Source: Macrostomum lignano
Taxonomy: Eukaryota
DNA: 64,000 nucleotides
Reading direction: 5' to 3'
Assembly: GCA_002269645.1 (NCBI GenBank)
Contig: NIVC01000013.1
Location: forward strand, 62,001 to 126,000
The notes beneath the pieces were generated by a model. That model was not told the DNA's origin. It saw nothing but the letters and a program-made list of their open reading frames with translations, and did no database searches. This document shows positions 13,828-27,001 of the stretch, one piece after another. A program made the translations under genes and the position numbers. Each line of letters begins with the position of its first letter. Position 1 is the stretch's first letter.

Positions 13828-16800
13828 TCAATTGTCAAGCATTGCCAATAGACGGTCTAGCTGCCGTCTCTCCTCTTGCAGGTCGGAATCCAAATAGGCC
13901 TCTTCGTCTTGATCGCCAACCTCGTCGCGCAGTTTGTCCAACGCTTTGCGCTGACGTTGAGACGCTTCGCGCAATGCCGCAGCGTCAGGCGAGGCGGCTT
14001 CGGCCGCTTCTTTTTCCTGTTCAACTCGACGAATTTTTGCAGCCAGAGCTGTAGCGGCCTCGCCTTCGTCTGAATCCGTTGTTGTCCAAGACGCCAGCGA
14101 TGAAGGGACAGAGGAACTGGCGGCAGCAGAAGACGGAGAAGCATCCGAAGCTTCGCTAGTCTGCTTTTGCTGCTGTTCGTCTTCTAGCAGTTCATCGATG
14201 CAGCCAATTAGCAGCTGTTGCGCTTTCAGACTATGATTGCCAGTCGGGTCGCGCTGCTGTCGGCGGCTCAAGGCTTCAAGCTTGGCCCCGATCAAACGGT
14301 ACAACTTGCTAGATAGGCGCTGAGCATCGGCTGAGGCGATTCCGGATGAGGTGGCAGTGTCCAGTACCAGCTGCAGGCGCGAGTTGTAGCGCTGATCTGC
14401 CAGGGTCTGCGCGGAAAGGAAGATTAATAATGATGTTAAGTAGAGAATTGTAAATTTTCTAAATTCTAGAATCCAAAATAAGCATAGAATTGAAAATCCC
14501 CGAACTCACGAAATGAAAAAATCCCTAAAGTCCCGAAACGATAAAATTCCCAAAAAGCCCGAAACGATAAAGTCCTCAAGAATCCTAAAATGGTAAAACC
14601 CCCAAAAAATCCCGAAACGATAAAATTCCCAAAAAGCCCGAAACGATAAAGTCCTCAAGAATCCTAAAATGGTAAAACCCCCAAAAAATCCCGAAATGAT
14701 AAAATTCCCTAAAATCCCGAAACGATAAAGTCCTCAAGAATCCTGAAATGGTAAAACCCCCAAAAAATCCCGAAATGATAAAATTCCCTAAAATCCCGAA
14801 ACGATAAAGTCCTCAAGAATCCTAAAATGGTAAAACCCCCAAAAAATCCCGAAATGAAAAAATCCCTAAAATCACGAAATGATAAAATTCCCTAAAATCC
14901 CGAAACGATAAAATCCTCAAGAATCCTAAAATGGTAAAACCCCCAAAAGATCCCGAAATGAAAAAATCCCTTAAATCACGAAATGAAAAAATCCCCAAAA
15001 TCCCGTAAAGATAAAATTTCCCCAAATCCCGAAACGATAAAATTCCCTAAAATCCCGAAACGATAAAATTCCCTAAAATCCCGAAACGATAAAGTCCTCA
15101 AGAATCCTGAAATGGTAAAATCCCCCCCAAAAAATCCCGAAATGAGAAAATCTCCCAAATCACAAGATGAAGGAATTTTCAAAATCCCCCATATTTCGGG
15201 AATGATGAAATCCCCAAGTGAAAAATCCCTAAATACCGAAATGATAAGATCCTAAATCCTAAATGATGAAACCCCCCAGATCCAAAAACAATAATAAAAC
15301 CCCTAAAATCCCCAAACCGATAGAATCCCCAAAATCACCTGCAGCCTATCCTGGTCATCCTGTAGCAGAGTCAGAGCTGCGTCAATGCTATTCCTAGTAA
15401 GCACCAGAGCCTCGTGCGCGTGGGACTCCAAATAGCCCATCTCAGTGAGTCGCAGACAACTAGCAGCCGATACTCGAGTCTCGCCGTCGTCAAGGTAACC
15501 TAAACGACGCTGCAATTTACGCTCGGCAGCTTGAGTTCGCTGCCGTTCGCGCCTAGCAACAATCCAATTGATAGCCGCTTGAGTATCGTTGGCGCAGTGG
15601 CGCAGAGCTAGCCGGGATTCGAGCAGGCTGAATCCCATTCCCATGAGGCTGCTCAGCCCGGCGTCATCCACCGCCAGTTTGTCCAGCTCGGCCGAAGCGA
15701 GCCGGGCTTCTGTAGCCGCCTCTTCCAGCCGATTGCTGTAGAAGCAGCACATTGCTTTGAGCAGGTGCAGTCTGAGTAGATGGATTCGCTCACCGCCTGC
15801 TGATGTGCCTGAAAATTCAGAGCATTAAGCTTTGGGATTGATTGGCTTCGAAGATTGGGATTCTGAGATGGGATGTGAAATTTGGGATTTGTGTGTCCTA
15901 AGCCACCTGGTTCTGAGATGGGATTTGAAATTGGCATTTGAGAGTACCCTAAGTCACCTGGTTCTGAGATGGGACTTGAAATTGGGATTTGAGAGTACCC
16001 TAAGTCACCTGGTTCGAAGATGGAATTTGAAATTGGGATTTGAGTTTCATAAGCCACCTGGTTCTAAGATGGGATTTGAGAGTACCCCAAGTCATCTGGT
16101 TCTGAGATGGGATTTGAGAGTACCCCAAGTCATCTGGTTCTGAGATGGGACTTGAAATTGGGATTTGAGAGTATCCGAAGTCACCAGGTTTTGAGATGGG
16201 ACTTGAAATTGGGATTTGAGAGTTTCATAAGCCACCTGGTTCTGAGATGGGATTTGAGAGTATCCTAGCTAATAAAGATAGCCATCTACCTAATAAGTAC
16301 TCGTAGTACTTAATCAGGTATTATAAAAAAGTAATAAAAAAGCAGACCAGCGAACCTTTCACAGCCTCCACGCGTTCCAATTGCTCTCCGTAGGCCTTCA
16401 CCAGCGCCCTCTCAGCCAGGCCCAGTCTGTCCCAGGCGTCGCCCAGTTCGTCCAGCCGACCCAGGCACAGGTAGCACCAGACCGTGTCCAGCTGCAGCAG
16501 TGCGTGGTTGTCCACTCTGTCCAGCAGGCTCCGGTCTACCCGATTGAAGGCTTCATCGGCTGCTAGGAGCAGAACAAGTGCTCGACCGTGCTGGTTCGAT
16601 CGGAGAGCCGCCTTGCCCTGCGTGTGCGTGGGAGGATGCGGCAAGACTAATTGATATATTGGGGAGATTACTAAGGGGAATATTGGGGAGATTATTAAGA
16701 GGAATATTTGGGAGATTTTTAATGGAAATATTAGGGAGATTACTAAGGAAAATATTAGGGAGATTACTATGGAAAATACTGGGGAGATAACTAAGGGGAA

Positions 16801-18381
16801 TATTGGGGAGATTACTAAGGGGAATATTGGGGAGGGGAAATATTAGCGAGATTATTGCTAGGAGTATTGGAGATAAGTAAGGGGAATATTAGGGAGATTA
16901 CTATGCGGAATGTTGGGGAAATTAAGGGGAATATTTGGGAGGGGAAATATTGGGGAGATTATAGCTAGGAGTATTGGGGAGATAAGTAAGGGGAACAATA
17001 GGGATATTACTAAGGGGAATATTGGGAAGATTATTAGAAGGAAAACTTGATGGTACACTGAAAAGGTAGATAAATAAGTACGAACCTTCTCTCCCAGAAT
17101 CATGGCATAGTAAAGAGCTTTCCGATGCTCTCTAGGCAAGTTAATCTTCTCTCCTCGCTGATTAGTAACGTGTAGAGCGGCAGAGCCGCCGCCTGCAGAG
17201 CCCAATCCGTCGTCCTCCTCCCCAGCCAGCAGGCCAGCCTCGGTCTCGGCCTCGCGCAATGCGTCGGCATCGTCGGCTGATGCGCGCAAATTCTGCACAT
17301 CGTCTGTGGTAGCGCGCACCAGCAGCATCAGGCTGTTGTTGTGCTGCACACCTTGGTTGCCTGTATGGGAATTGTTACTCAATTGTAATTTATATTGCTG
17401 ATTTGCTCCTCACGTGTTTTTAATCAAAATAATTTATTTAATCAAAATTTTAATTAAATCAAATTAAATCAAATTCAAATTTATTACCGCATCTATAAAC
17501 TGCATAATTATCCAACCAAAAATTATATAAATTTCTAAAAAAACTTTGTAATAACCCTGTCCCTTATTATAAATTTCATAATTTCCTAATCATAAATTTT
17601 ATAATTTCCCGATCATAAATCGCATAATTAGACGATGATAAATCGCATAATTCCCGATCATAAATCGAATAATTCCCCGATCATAAATCGCATTATTCCC
17701 CAATAATCAATCGAATAACTCCCCGATCATAAATCCCATAATTCCCCGATCATAAATCGCATTATTCCCCAATAATCAATCGCATAATTATGGCCATCAT
17801 AAATCGCATAATTCCCCAAATCATAATTCGTATAATTCCTCAAATCATAAATCGCATAATTCCCCAAATCATGAATTGCATAAATCCCCAATTCATAAAT
17901 CACAATTCCCCCATCCCCCCAACCTACCAAGGGACAGAGCGTCTTCAAGCACTCGACCATTGCAGATGAGGCTAACCCCGGCCATAGACAGCTGAGGTGC
18001 CCTGGCAACAATTAAGGATTTAAACTGATAGCCGGTCGATTGCAGACTGCATCGAATCCTCAGCAACTGGGGATTCTGTCCACGCGGCAGGCGAACCTTC
18101 AGCGTAGCCTCTTGAGTAGCCCTGAAATGCGCCAACGATTCTGCATTATCTAGCGTCTGTTGACGCAGATTCTCTAGCGCCGCTGCGCAAGCCGACGGAC
18201 AAAGACGCAGATTCTGCGACAAAGATTCCGCGAGAGATTGCATGCTGGCTGCGTCAAGCGCAGAACCTGAGTCTGGCGAGGTGTACGGCGGCTCCCATAG
18301 TTTTATAGCGCGGCTGCGCAATGCTTGGCGCAGTTTATGCAACAGTTCCTGCTCCTCCTGAAGTGAAGAATAATCGGTCAT
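13828..18381 (-). CDS. NUB1: NEDD8 ultimate buster 1 (UBL plus UBA domains), about 672-680 aa, 5 exons
   Basis: Exons 17928-18357 (or from ATG 18381), 17086-17360, 16356-16617, 15339-15808, 13828-14406, phases consistent. Motifs IKLWEPPY, QGVQHN, DNHALLQLDTVWCYL, LMGMGFS, LTEMGY, DQDEEAYLDSDL match NUB1. Start codon uncertain. Confidence 0.93.
14490..15335. repeat. About 26-bp subunits (AAAATTCCCTAAAATCCCGAAACGAT) in an about 79-bp higher-order repeat, NUB1 intron
   Basis: Tandem repeats read directly. Confidence 0.9.
15832..16262. repeat. Minisatellite (GAGATGGGATTTGAAATTGGGATTTGAGAGTACCCTAAGTCACCTGGTTCT-type) in NUB1 intron
   Basis: Tandem repeats read directly. Confidence 0.9.
16655..17040. 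repeat. Degenerate purine-rich minisatellite GGGGAATATTGGGGAGATTACTAA in NUB1 intron
   Basis: Tandem repeats read directly. Confidence 0.85.
17570..17915. repeat. About 22-bp minisatellite ATTCCCCGATCATAAATCGCATA in NUB1 intron
   Basis: Tandem repeats read directly. Confidence 0.88.
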
Positions 18382-19318
18382 AGGGTACAGCCTACAGAAT
18401 AATTGGTCATAGGGTGTAGCCTACAGAATAATTGGTCATAGGGTGTAGCCTACATAATAATTGGTCATAGGGTGTAGCCTACAGAATAATTGGTCATAGG
18501 GTGTAGCCTACAGAATAATTGGTCATAGGGTATAGCCCACAGAATAATCGGTCATAGGGTATAGCCTACAGAATAATCGGTCATAGGGTACAGCCTACAG
18601 AATAATCGGTCATAGGGTACAGCCTACAGAATAATCGGTCATAGGGTATAGCCTACAGACTAATCGGTCATAGGGTATAGCGCACAGAATAAATCGGTCA
18701 TAGGGTATAGCCCACAGACTAATCGGTCATAGGGTATAGCCCACAAAATAATCGGTCATAGGGTATAGCCCACAGAATAATCGGTCATAGGGTAGAGCCT
18801 ACAGAATAATCGGTCATAGGGTAGAGCCTACAGAATAATCGGTCATAGGGTATAGCCTACAGAATAATCGGTCATAGGGTACAGCCTACAGAATAATCGG
18901 TTGTAGGGTACAGCCTACAGAATAATCGGTCATAGGGTATAGCCTACAGAATAATCGGTCATAGGGTACAGCCTACAGAATAATCGGTTGTAGGGTATAG
19001 CCCATAGAATAATCGGTCATAGGGTATAGCCTACAGAATAATCGGTCATAGGGTACAGCCTACAGAATAATCGGTTGTAGGGTACAGCCTACAGAATAAT
19101 CGGTCATCGGGTACAGCCTACAGAATAATCGGTCATCGGGTACAGCCTACAGAATAATCGGTCATAGGGTATAGCCTACAGAATAATCGGTCATAGGGTA
19201 CAGCCTACAGAATAATCGGTCATAGGGTACAGCCTACAGAATAATCGGTTGTAGGGTACAGCCTACAGAATAATCGGTCATAGGGTATAGCCTACAGAAT
19301 AATCGGTCATAGGGTATA
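18368..19318. repeat. 29-bp minisatellite GTCATAGGGTATAGCCTACAGAATAATCG abutting the NUB1 start
   Basis: About 33 tandem copies. Confidence 0.95.
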
Positions 19319-19562
19319 GGCTGACTGCAGACAAATCGGCCTAATTCCTACTGTTAATCAATAGTATATTAAAATAAAAAATCGAATTACTTTAACGTAA
19401 TTTTTAACACGTATTCCCAAAGAAAGTACAAAGCAACATAATGAAACACTTAAGCTTATAAGCTTATAATGAAGAGTACAATTACTAATATACAGGTAAC
19501 AACAGTTGCAAATAATAAATTGTCAATGATTAAATTATTGTTACAAGAAAAGGCAAGCATCA

Positions 19563-20057
19563 CTACTCGTCAGTCCTAGGTGGATGCGGCGGAGTTGGAT
19601 CGGCCCTGAGACTTCTATACCTGCTCATATCCTGCTCAAAAGCCTGAGACAGTTCGGCCAATAGCAGAGTACGAAACCGATTAACATTCTCAATTTTGCC
19701 TTTAACCTCTTCGTTTCTTTGTAGAGCAGTTTCTAAACAATGCCTAGTGTACAGCTGAGGATTGCGACCTTCGTCAATGTACTTTAACACGGCTAGTGGG
19801 ACTTGAACATCGGCAACTTGAGCTTTGGCCCGGTCTAAAGAGTTCAAACGATTCACTAGGAAGTCCATCTTGTGCTGAAGATTGACGTGAGGCTGATAGT
19901 TGCACACCATTATGCCGGCTTCCCAGCAGTTTTCTATTAGGGCGCACAGTTCGTCTTGTAATTGTTGGAATCTGTCTTGCTGCTGTTGTTGCTGCTGTTG
20001 CTGGTCGCTTGACGATGGGGTAGCCATGGCAACTGCAGGGCTTGGCGATTCACGCAT
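19563..20057 (-). CDS. MED10: Mediator subunit 10, single coding exon (likely start MATP at 20027)
   Basis: VPLAVLKYIDEGRNPQLYTRHCLE...NEEVKGKI matches MED10. Kozak GCCATGG at 20027. Confidence 0.96.
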   Translation of the reverse strand: MRESPSPAVAMATPSSSDQQQQQQQQQDRFQQLQDELCALIENCWEAGIMVCNYQPHVNLQHKMDFLVNRLNSLDRAKAQVADVQVPLAVLKYIDEGRNPQLYTRHCLETALQRNEEVKGKIENVNRFRTLLLAELSQAFEQDMSRYRSLRADPTPPHPPRTDE

Positions 20058-20064
20058 GCATATA

Positions 20065-21418
20065 GTGAATGTTTAGGGCCATTCTTAGCAGGGGTTTAAG
20101 GGGGTTCTAAGAGGGGTTTGAAGGCGATTCTTAGAGGGGGTTTAAGGGGGTTTCTTAGAAGGGATTTAAGAGCGATTCTTAGAATGGGTTTAAGGGCCAT
20201 TCTTCTGGGGGGGGGGCGTAGCCTAGTAGTCTGACGCGGCGCTCTGATTCCAAGTGCAGTCCCATTAATTTGGGGGGGGGGGGCTAAATTGGAATTTCTC
20301 GGCTTGGCTCTGCTCGTGCAATTAACGCCCGTGAGGGCCAACCCCCAAGGCACAGTTAAGTGTACATGCCTAACGATAAATAAAGTGTGTGTTCCTATTC
20401 GTATGACTGCGTACTTGTTTGCCTGCTCAGGTGAGTCGGTGGAATGGACAGCAATGCCTCTTGCCGGTGTGTGACAATGTCGCTTAAAGTGCTTCAGGGC
20501 GCACGCAGCCCCCTGCCTTTAACTTAAAAAACTAACTAAAGTGGAATTCTTAAAGGGGGTTTAAGGGCCATTTTTTGAGGCGGTTTAAAGGGCGATTCTT
20601 AGAAAGGGGCTTAAGGGGGATTCTTGAAAGGGATTTAAGGGGGATTCTTAGAATAGGTTTCTAAGGGCGATTCTTGGAGGGGGTTTAAGGGGTATTCTTA
20701 GAATAGGTTTCTAAGGGCGATTCTTGGAGGGGGTTTAAGGGCGATTCTTGGGGGGGGGGGGTTTAAGGGCGATTCTTGGAAGGGGTTTAAGGGCGATTCT
20801 TGGAAGGGGTTTAAGGGCGATTCTTGGAAGGGGTTTAAGGGCCATTTTTAAAGGGGTTTAAGGGCCATTTTTAGAGGGGTTTACAGGGCGATTCTTGGAA
20901 GGGGTTTAAGGGCGATTCTTGGAAGGGGTATAAGGGCGATTCTTGGAGGGGGTTTAAGGGCGATTCTTGGAAGTGGTTTAAGGGCGATTCTTGGAAGGGG
21001 TTTAAGGGCGATTCTTGGAGGGGGTTTAAGGGCGATTCTTGGGAGGGGTTTAAGGGCCATTTTTAAAGGGGTTTAAGGGCCATTTTTTTAAGGGGTTTAA
21101 GGGCCATTTTTAAAGGGGTTTAAGGGCCATTTTTAAAGGGGTTTAAGGGCCATTTTTAAAGGGGTTTAAGGGCCATTTTTAGAGGGGTTTACAGGGCGAT
21201 TCTTGGAAGGGGTTTAAGGGCGATTCTTGGAGGGGGTTTAAGGGCGATTCTTGGAAGGGGGTTAAGGGCCATTTTAGAGGGTTTTAAGGGCCATTTTTAG
21301 AGGGGTTTACAGGGCGATTCTTAGAAGGGCTTAAGGGGGATTGTTAGAAGGGGCTTAAGGGGGATTCTTAGAATGGGTTTCTAAGGGCGATTCTTGGAAG
21401 GGGTTTAAGGGCGATTCT
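20065..21418. repeat. 24-bp minisatellite AAGGGCGATTCTTGGAAGGGGTTT, interrupted by a SINE
   Basis: Tandem repeats read directly. Confidence 0.93.
20207..20540 (+). mobile_element. tRNA-derived SINE, copy 1 (B box deleted)
   Basis: Aligns along its length to 44614-44945 through shared blocks GGGGGCGTAGCC, ATTAATTTGGGGGG, CTCGGCTTGGCTCTGCTCGTGCAATTAACG, GTGTGACAATGTCGCTTAAAGTG, TGCCTTTAA. Confidence 0.8.
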
Positions 21419-21914
21419 CAAAACTACACAGTTTGTCTCACAAAAATGACGAAAATAATTTTAAAAGGAACGAAACACGCAGTCAGCTATTTAATTACGC
21501 TTCCAAGTTGAAAGCGCTTAAAATCTTGATCCATATTGGCCACTTTGGATGCATGATTATTTTGCGAATGAATCAATTGAATAAAACGACTGCATATATA
21601 AAAATTCTATAACTCAATTTAAAAATTTACTTTTGTATGTACAACATAGATATGGGAAATGTCACAGACAATTAATTGAACAAACAAATCAATTTGTTAA
21701 ATTATTAAAAATGTAAATACATAAACAATTGCAAATAACACTACATACAGATACACGTGTGCACTAAAAGTACACAAAGTGTCAGGTACAACACCCAGGG
21801 CAAATTTAAACAGTTAGGCTATAAGTAGAAATAATTGTCTCGATTTACTATCTCGACGATAATAAAGATGATCAATTAGGTCTCTAAAGTTACTGATAAT
21901 CAAACAGGTCTATA

Positions 21915-22253
21915 TACTAATCGGTCATAGGGTACAGATTGATCTATAGGCTAATCAGTCAGAGGGTACAGACTGTCTATAGACTAATCAGTCATAGAGT
22001 GTAGATTGTCTATAGACTAATCGGTCATAGAGTGTAGATTGTCTATAGACTAATCGGTCATAGAGTGTAGATTTTCTATAGACTAATCGGTCATAGAGTG
22101 TAGATTGTCTATAGACTAATCGCTCATAGCGTACATGTGATTTATAGACTAATCGGTCATAGGGTGCAGACTGTCTATAGACTAATCGGTCATAGGGTGT
22201 AGATTGTCTATAGACTAATCGGTCATAGGATTGTGGACTGTCTATAGACTAAC
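21915..22253. repeat. 32-bp minisatellite CTAATCGGTCATAGAGTGTAGATTGTCTATAG
   Basis: Tandem repeats; shares the TAATCGGTCATAG core with 18368-19318. Confidence 0.92.
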
Positions 22254-22348
22254 TTGTCAGGCAATAACTAATAGAGCAGTTAAGCACAATAATATTTTAT
22301 AGCTAAGCTAAGCTACATGTTAAAATCTACAACCAGTCATAAGCAGCA

Positions 22349-23497
22349 TCACAACAGTCGAACAATATGCCGAATACTCGATGGTACACCAGTTACTGGA
22401 CACTTTCCAGCGCTTCCATTCCCAGCCAGATGACTGTGAATACACGCGAAACAGAACACGTGACCGGAAGTGGTTAAAGCGCAAGGATTACGCCTCGGTC
22501 GTTTGCACATGGGGCACAATCGAGGATCGACATGGTTGGATGCCGGATGCCGCCTCGGCGGCGGAGGAGGAATCGACACGGCGCCAAGATAAGGTGACGG
22601 TGCAGCAGCTGTTGCCGAAGCACTGGACGAATGGCCATCGCTATCAACTCTGGACTGGTAAAACTGCAAGAAGAACATGCCCAATGTTACTCCATGACTT
22701 AACGCTTGACTAGCCCAGTAACGCAAGCCGACTCTTCCATTAGCTTCTTCATCAATTGGATGATCAATTTGACAGCAGAGCCTAACGCCGGCTAGAACGT
22801 GTTCTAATCTATGCCGATCGACTTGTTCAGTTAGGTAGCCGAATAATAAAGCCGCGTTGCTAAGCAACAATACAGCTCTAGCTCGAGGATAAACTTTGAC
22901 GAGACAAGTTAAAAATTGTTTTCTTATAGTCGAACCCAAAGTATCAGAGTCTGATTCTTCAACGATAGACCGTTCGGCCCATTCTTCGTACAGCTCGGAC
23001 AGCCATCTAGTTACCATGGGAACGAATGTGGATGTAAACAGCGACATAACAACTAGCCTAGCAGTTAATGCGACTCCTCCATCAGCAACTCGACGCCTAC
23101 GAAGTGAATAGAAATTCTCAGCAAATGTGGCGCCTCTGCGTCTTAGACAGTAGATTTCGACGCAAATCGACAACAAAGCGAATGCGACGCGTCGATGCCG
23201 AACCAACCAATCAGCCAGACGGTGAAGAATTAATATTCTACGTCTACTACTAGCGTCAGTAGGCTGGTCCTCATTGTCATTATTAACAGTAGTAAGCCAA
23301 CTGGCTAGTGATGTTAACAGATGATCGAATGCCGGCTGTAATAAACTCGACAGCTGATCGGCTGCTAATAAATCAAACACGCTGGGCCGGACTGCCGTGG
23401 AGGCGGCGGCAACGTCGGGCTGGTTGGCGATTGCGTCATCAGCCTGGAATGCATTTTTATTTGTATGTTTCCTTACCGTTAGGTACATGGTTTCCAT
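22349..23497 (-). CDS. PEX12: Peroxin 12 (Pex2/Pex12 N-terminal domain plus C-terminal RING-like finger)
   Basis: RPSVFDLLAADQL, ATFAENFYSLRR, FFLQFY and CPMC...TSGHVFCFAC...CPVTG match PEX12. N-terminus uncertain: ATG 23497/23488 or an acceptor at 23444. Confidence 0.93.
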   Translation of the reverse strand: METMYLTVRKHTNKNAFQADDAIANQPDVAAASTAVRPSVFDLLAADQLSSLLQPAFDHLLTSLASWLTTVNNDNEDQPTDASSRRRILILHRLADWLVRHRRVAFALLSICVEIYCLRRRGATFAENFYSLRRRRVADGGVALTARLVVMSLFTSTFVPMVTRWLSELYEEWAERSIVEESDSDTLGSTIRKQFLTCLVKVYPRARAVLLLSNAALLFGYLTEQVDRHRLEHVLAGVRLCCQIDHPIDEEANGRVGLRYWASQALSHGVTLGMFFLQFYQSRVDSDGHSSSASATAAAPSPYLGAVSIPPPPPRRHPASNHVDPRLCPMCKRPRRNPCALTTSGHVFCFACIHSHLAGNGSAGKCPVTGVPSSIRHIVRLL

Positions 23498-23544
23498 GGG
23501 GATGAGGGGTAGATTTGGACTGTGTGTGGGGTATGTGGGGTAGA

Positions 23545-23942
23545 TATGTGGATAGATAGATAGATGTTAGACAGATAGGTAGATAACTAGATATGTGAGG
23601 TAGATAGTTTCCATGGGGATGTGGGTAGATATGGTTTCCATGGGGATGTGGAGTAGATATGGTTTCCATGGGGATGTGGGTAGATATGGTTTCCATGGGG
23701 ATGTGGGTAGATATGGTTTCCATGGGGATGTGGGGTAGATATGGTTTCCATGGGGATGTGGGTAGATATGGTTTCCATGGGGATGTGGGGTAGATATGGT
23801 TTCCATGGGGATGTGGGTAGATATGGTTTCCATGGGGATGTGGGGTAGATATGGTTTCCATGGGGATGTGGGTAGATATGGTTTCCATGGGGATGTGGGT
23901 AGATATGGTTTCCATGGGGATGTGGGCTAGATGGTTTCCATA
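23545..23942. repeat. 27/28-bp minisatellite GTAGATATGGTTTCCATGGGGATGTGG
   Basis: Tandem repeats read directly. Confidence 0.93.
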
Positions 23943-24724
23943 GCAATTGGGAGGTACAATTTGGGATAAAATAACATGCTATTGGATTAACTAATCTATA
24001 TTAAAACTTCTACAAAAAGATAGACAAATTAAAAATATAGTTTTTTAAGACAAATATTTATTATCCCTCATATTTGATCGACGTTAGATGAAGGCTTATA
24101 ATATATTTGGAGTCGTCCTATTGTTTACTTAACATAATAGAAACAGCACTTCAACACTTACAGAAACTGCCAGTTAATAGAAATACAAATATTATTTTGT
24201 AAAACGCAACACAGATTAACAAAATTCAAACAAGCAGGAGTGACAGATTTCGAAATAAGACAGACATTACTGTACTTTCTGATTATTCACTATGCATATT
24301 AGCATGCATTTGTTTTGTTGAATTAAATTATTCATCTTAGCTTACTAATTATATTCAATTATAATTAGAGCACAACATTATAATAAGTAGAACCATGCGC
24401 TACGGTACAACTAACAATAGCGAATTAATTAAAAAAGAATGATAATGTGCACAACAATTATTTGTTAATAGAAATGTTTGCAATAAAATAATTATTATTA
24501 ATGCGGTTACACTGCGTATTACAGAAACATTACTTCTAAGAACAGTCCACTAGTACAATACAAGAATATTTTTAAAAGCATTTTTATCATACAATGCACT
24601 TTGTGTTAAACTTAACTAGATTAGTAGCTATGAATGATGAATAATTGAAATTGCTGATTAATTATAGCAATTTTTAACATAAACTTGAAGCCGTAATTTA
24701 TTTCATAAGCATTTCTTAACGTTG

Positions 24725-25108
24725 AAAATGGCATTTCTTAACTTCGGGAAATGGCATCTCTCAACTTCGGGAAATGGCATCTCTCAACTTTGGGAAATGG
24801 CATCTCTCAACTTCGGGAAATGGCATCTCTCAACTTTGGGAAATGGCATCTCTCAACTTCGGGAAATGGCATCTCTCAACTTTGGGAAATGGCATCTCTC
24901 AACTTCGGGAAATGGCATCTCTCATTTTCGGGAAATGGCATCTCTCAAATTTGGGAAATGGCATCTCTCAACTTCGGGAAATGGCATCTCTCAACTTCGG
25001 GAAATGGCATCTCTCAACTTCGGGAAATGGCATTTCTCATTTTCGGGAAATGGCATCTCTCAAATTTGGGAAATGGCATCTCTCAAATTTGGGAAATGGC
25101 ATTTTGAA
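24725..25108. repeat. 23-bp minisatellite GGGAAATGGCATCTCTCAACTTC
   Basis: Tandem repeats read directly. Confidence 0.95.
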
Positions 25109-25317
25109 AATTCGAAAAAGATTTCAGAATATTTAGAGTAAGGACTTACGGAATAACAAAATTTAGTTTTTTACCAAAAATTTTTTATTCGCTAAGTTCA
25201 AATAAACAAAAAAGCACATTCATTCACACACAACACACAGAGAATGTCTCTATACAAACTGAATATGTAATACGCCCCCTCAACTGTACCGGCAATCAAT
25301 TATTTATGTTTCATGAT

Positions 25318-26961
25318 CTACGAAGTGTCCATGGAGGAATCGTTAGCAGACTCCGTAGCTTCTACCTTCGCTTCCGCCTGCGGCTCTTGCTGCTGCTGGG
25401 CCTCGGTTTTCTCCTCGCTAGCTTCGTTCTTAGCCTCTTCAGCTGCTTCCGCAACTGTCTCTTTCTGCTGTTCAGCGTTACTAGCTTCAGTTTTATTATC
25501 ATTGCTGGCTTCTTCTTTAGCGCTATCCTCGGTTTTGACTTCGCCTGTTGGTCCGCGACTGCAACTGTTGCTGCGGCTCCTGCTGCGGCTGCTGTTACGA
25601 CTGCCGCCGCCTCCGTCACCGGCGCTGCCTCTCGTGTCTTCGTCAGCTGTTGCGCCGCCTGCCGCGACTCCGCCGGCGTTAGACGACGATTCTTCAACTT
25701 GATCGCCGTCTTTGCCTCGGTCCCGCTTGCGATCCCGATCCCGGTTCCGGTCCCGATCCCTATCGCGGTCCCGGCTACGATGACGATGCCGACGCTTGCC
25801 ACCGCGGCTCCGACTGCGACTGCGCGATTTCGTCGTGCGGCCAGCCTCGCCCTCGCCGTCGCCGCGATCCCGATCCCGGTCCTTGTCCTTGTCCTTATCC
25901 CGATGCCTGTCTCGGCTGCGGCTGCGCTTCCGCTTGCGCGAGTCCCTGTCGCGGTCCCGGTCCCGGTCCCTGTCGCGGTCCCTGTCGCGGTCCCGGTCTC
26001 GATCCCTATCGCGGCTGCGTCTGCGACTACTGCGCTTGCGGTCCCGGTCCCGATCCCGGTCCCGGTCGCGCGATGATCGACGGGAACGCGAACGAGAGCG
26101 CGACGAGCGGCGCCTGTGACTATGGCGCGAGCGCGAACGACGACGCTCTGAGTGGCGCGAGCGTCTGGAGGACCTGGGTTTAAGGATTAGCAGCAGGCTT
26201 TTTTGAATTCTTGGGGTAAAATTTCGATTATAGAAGTTTGATTTTGATTTTGATTTCCCAAATTTAAAAACCTTGACAATAAAATTTTAAACCTTAACAA
26301 CCATATTTCAGTCCTTGACAACCAAACTTGAGCCCTTGACAACCATATTTCAGTCCTTGACAACCAAATTTGAGACCTTGACAACCATATTTCAGGCCTT
26401 GACAACCATATTTCAGGCCTTGACAACCAAACTTGAGACCTTGACAACCATATTTCAGGCCTTGACAACCATATTTCAGGCCTTGACATCCAATTTGAGG
26501 CCTTGACAACCTAAGCTGAGACCTTGACAACCTAAGCTGAGACCTTGACAACAAAATATGAGTCCTCAACACCCTGATACCCAGGTTAAAGTCCCTGACA
26601 TTCAGACAATACGCGCACAAACACAAACAAACCAACCTAGATCGACTGCGTCTAGACGAAGATCTGCCAGCTTGCCGGCTGCCAGGAGCACTCTCGGTGA
26701 AAAAGCTGGTCTTCGGATCCACTCCGTACATTGTGGCCGGCTTGATGATGGCGCAGGTGGCGTGCTGCACTACAGCCGGACCGTCGTTGATCACCCCGCC
26801 AGACATGGCCAGCGCCTTGGCTATGCTGGTCTGGCACGAGAATTCCACAAAGCAGCCGATTCGACCGCCGTCGCCGGTGGCCATGCGAGCGAATTTCACT
26901 TCCAGATCGGGCTCGAAGTAGGAGATCACCTGGATGGGGGGCAGGGACTCAGGGTGAGAAT

Positions 26962-27001
<40 letters not shown>

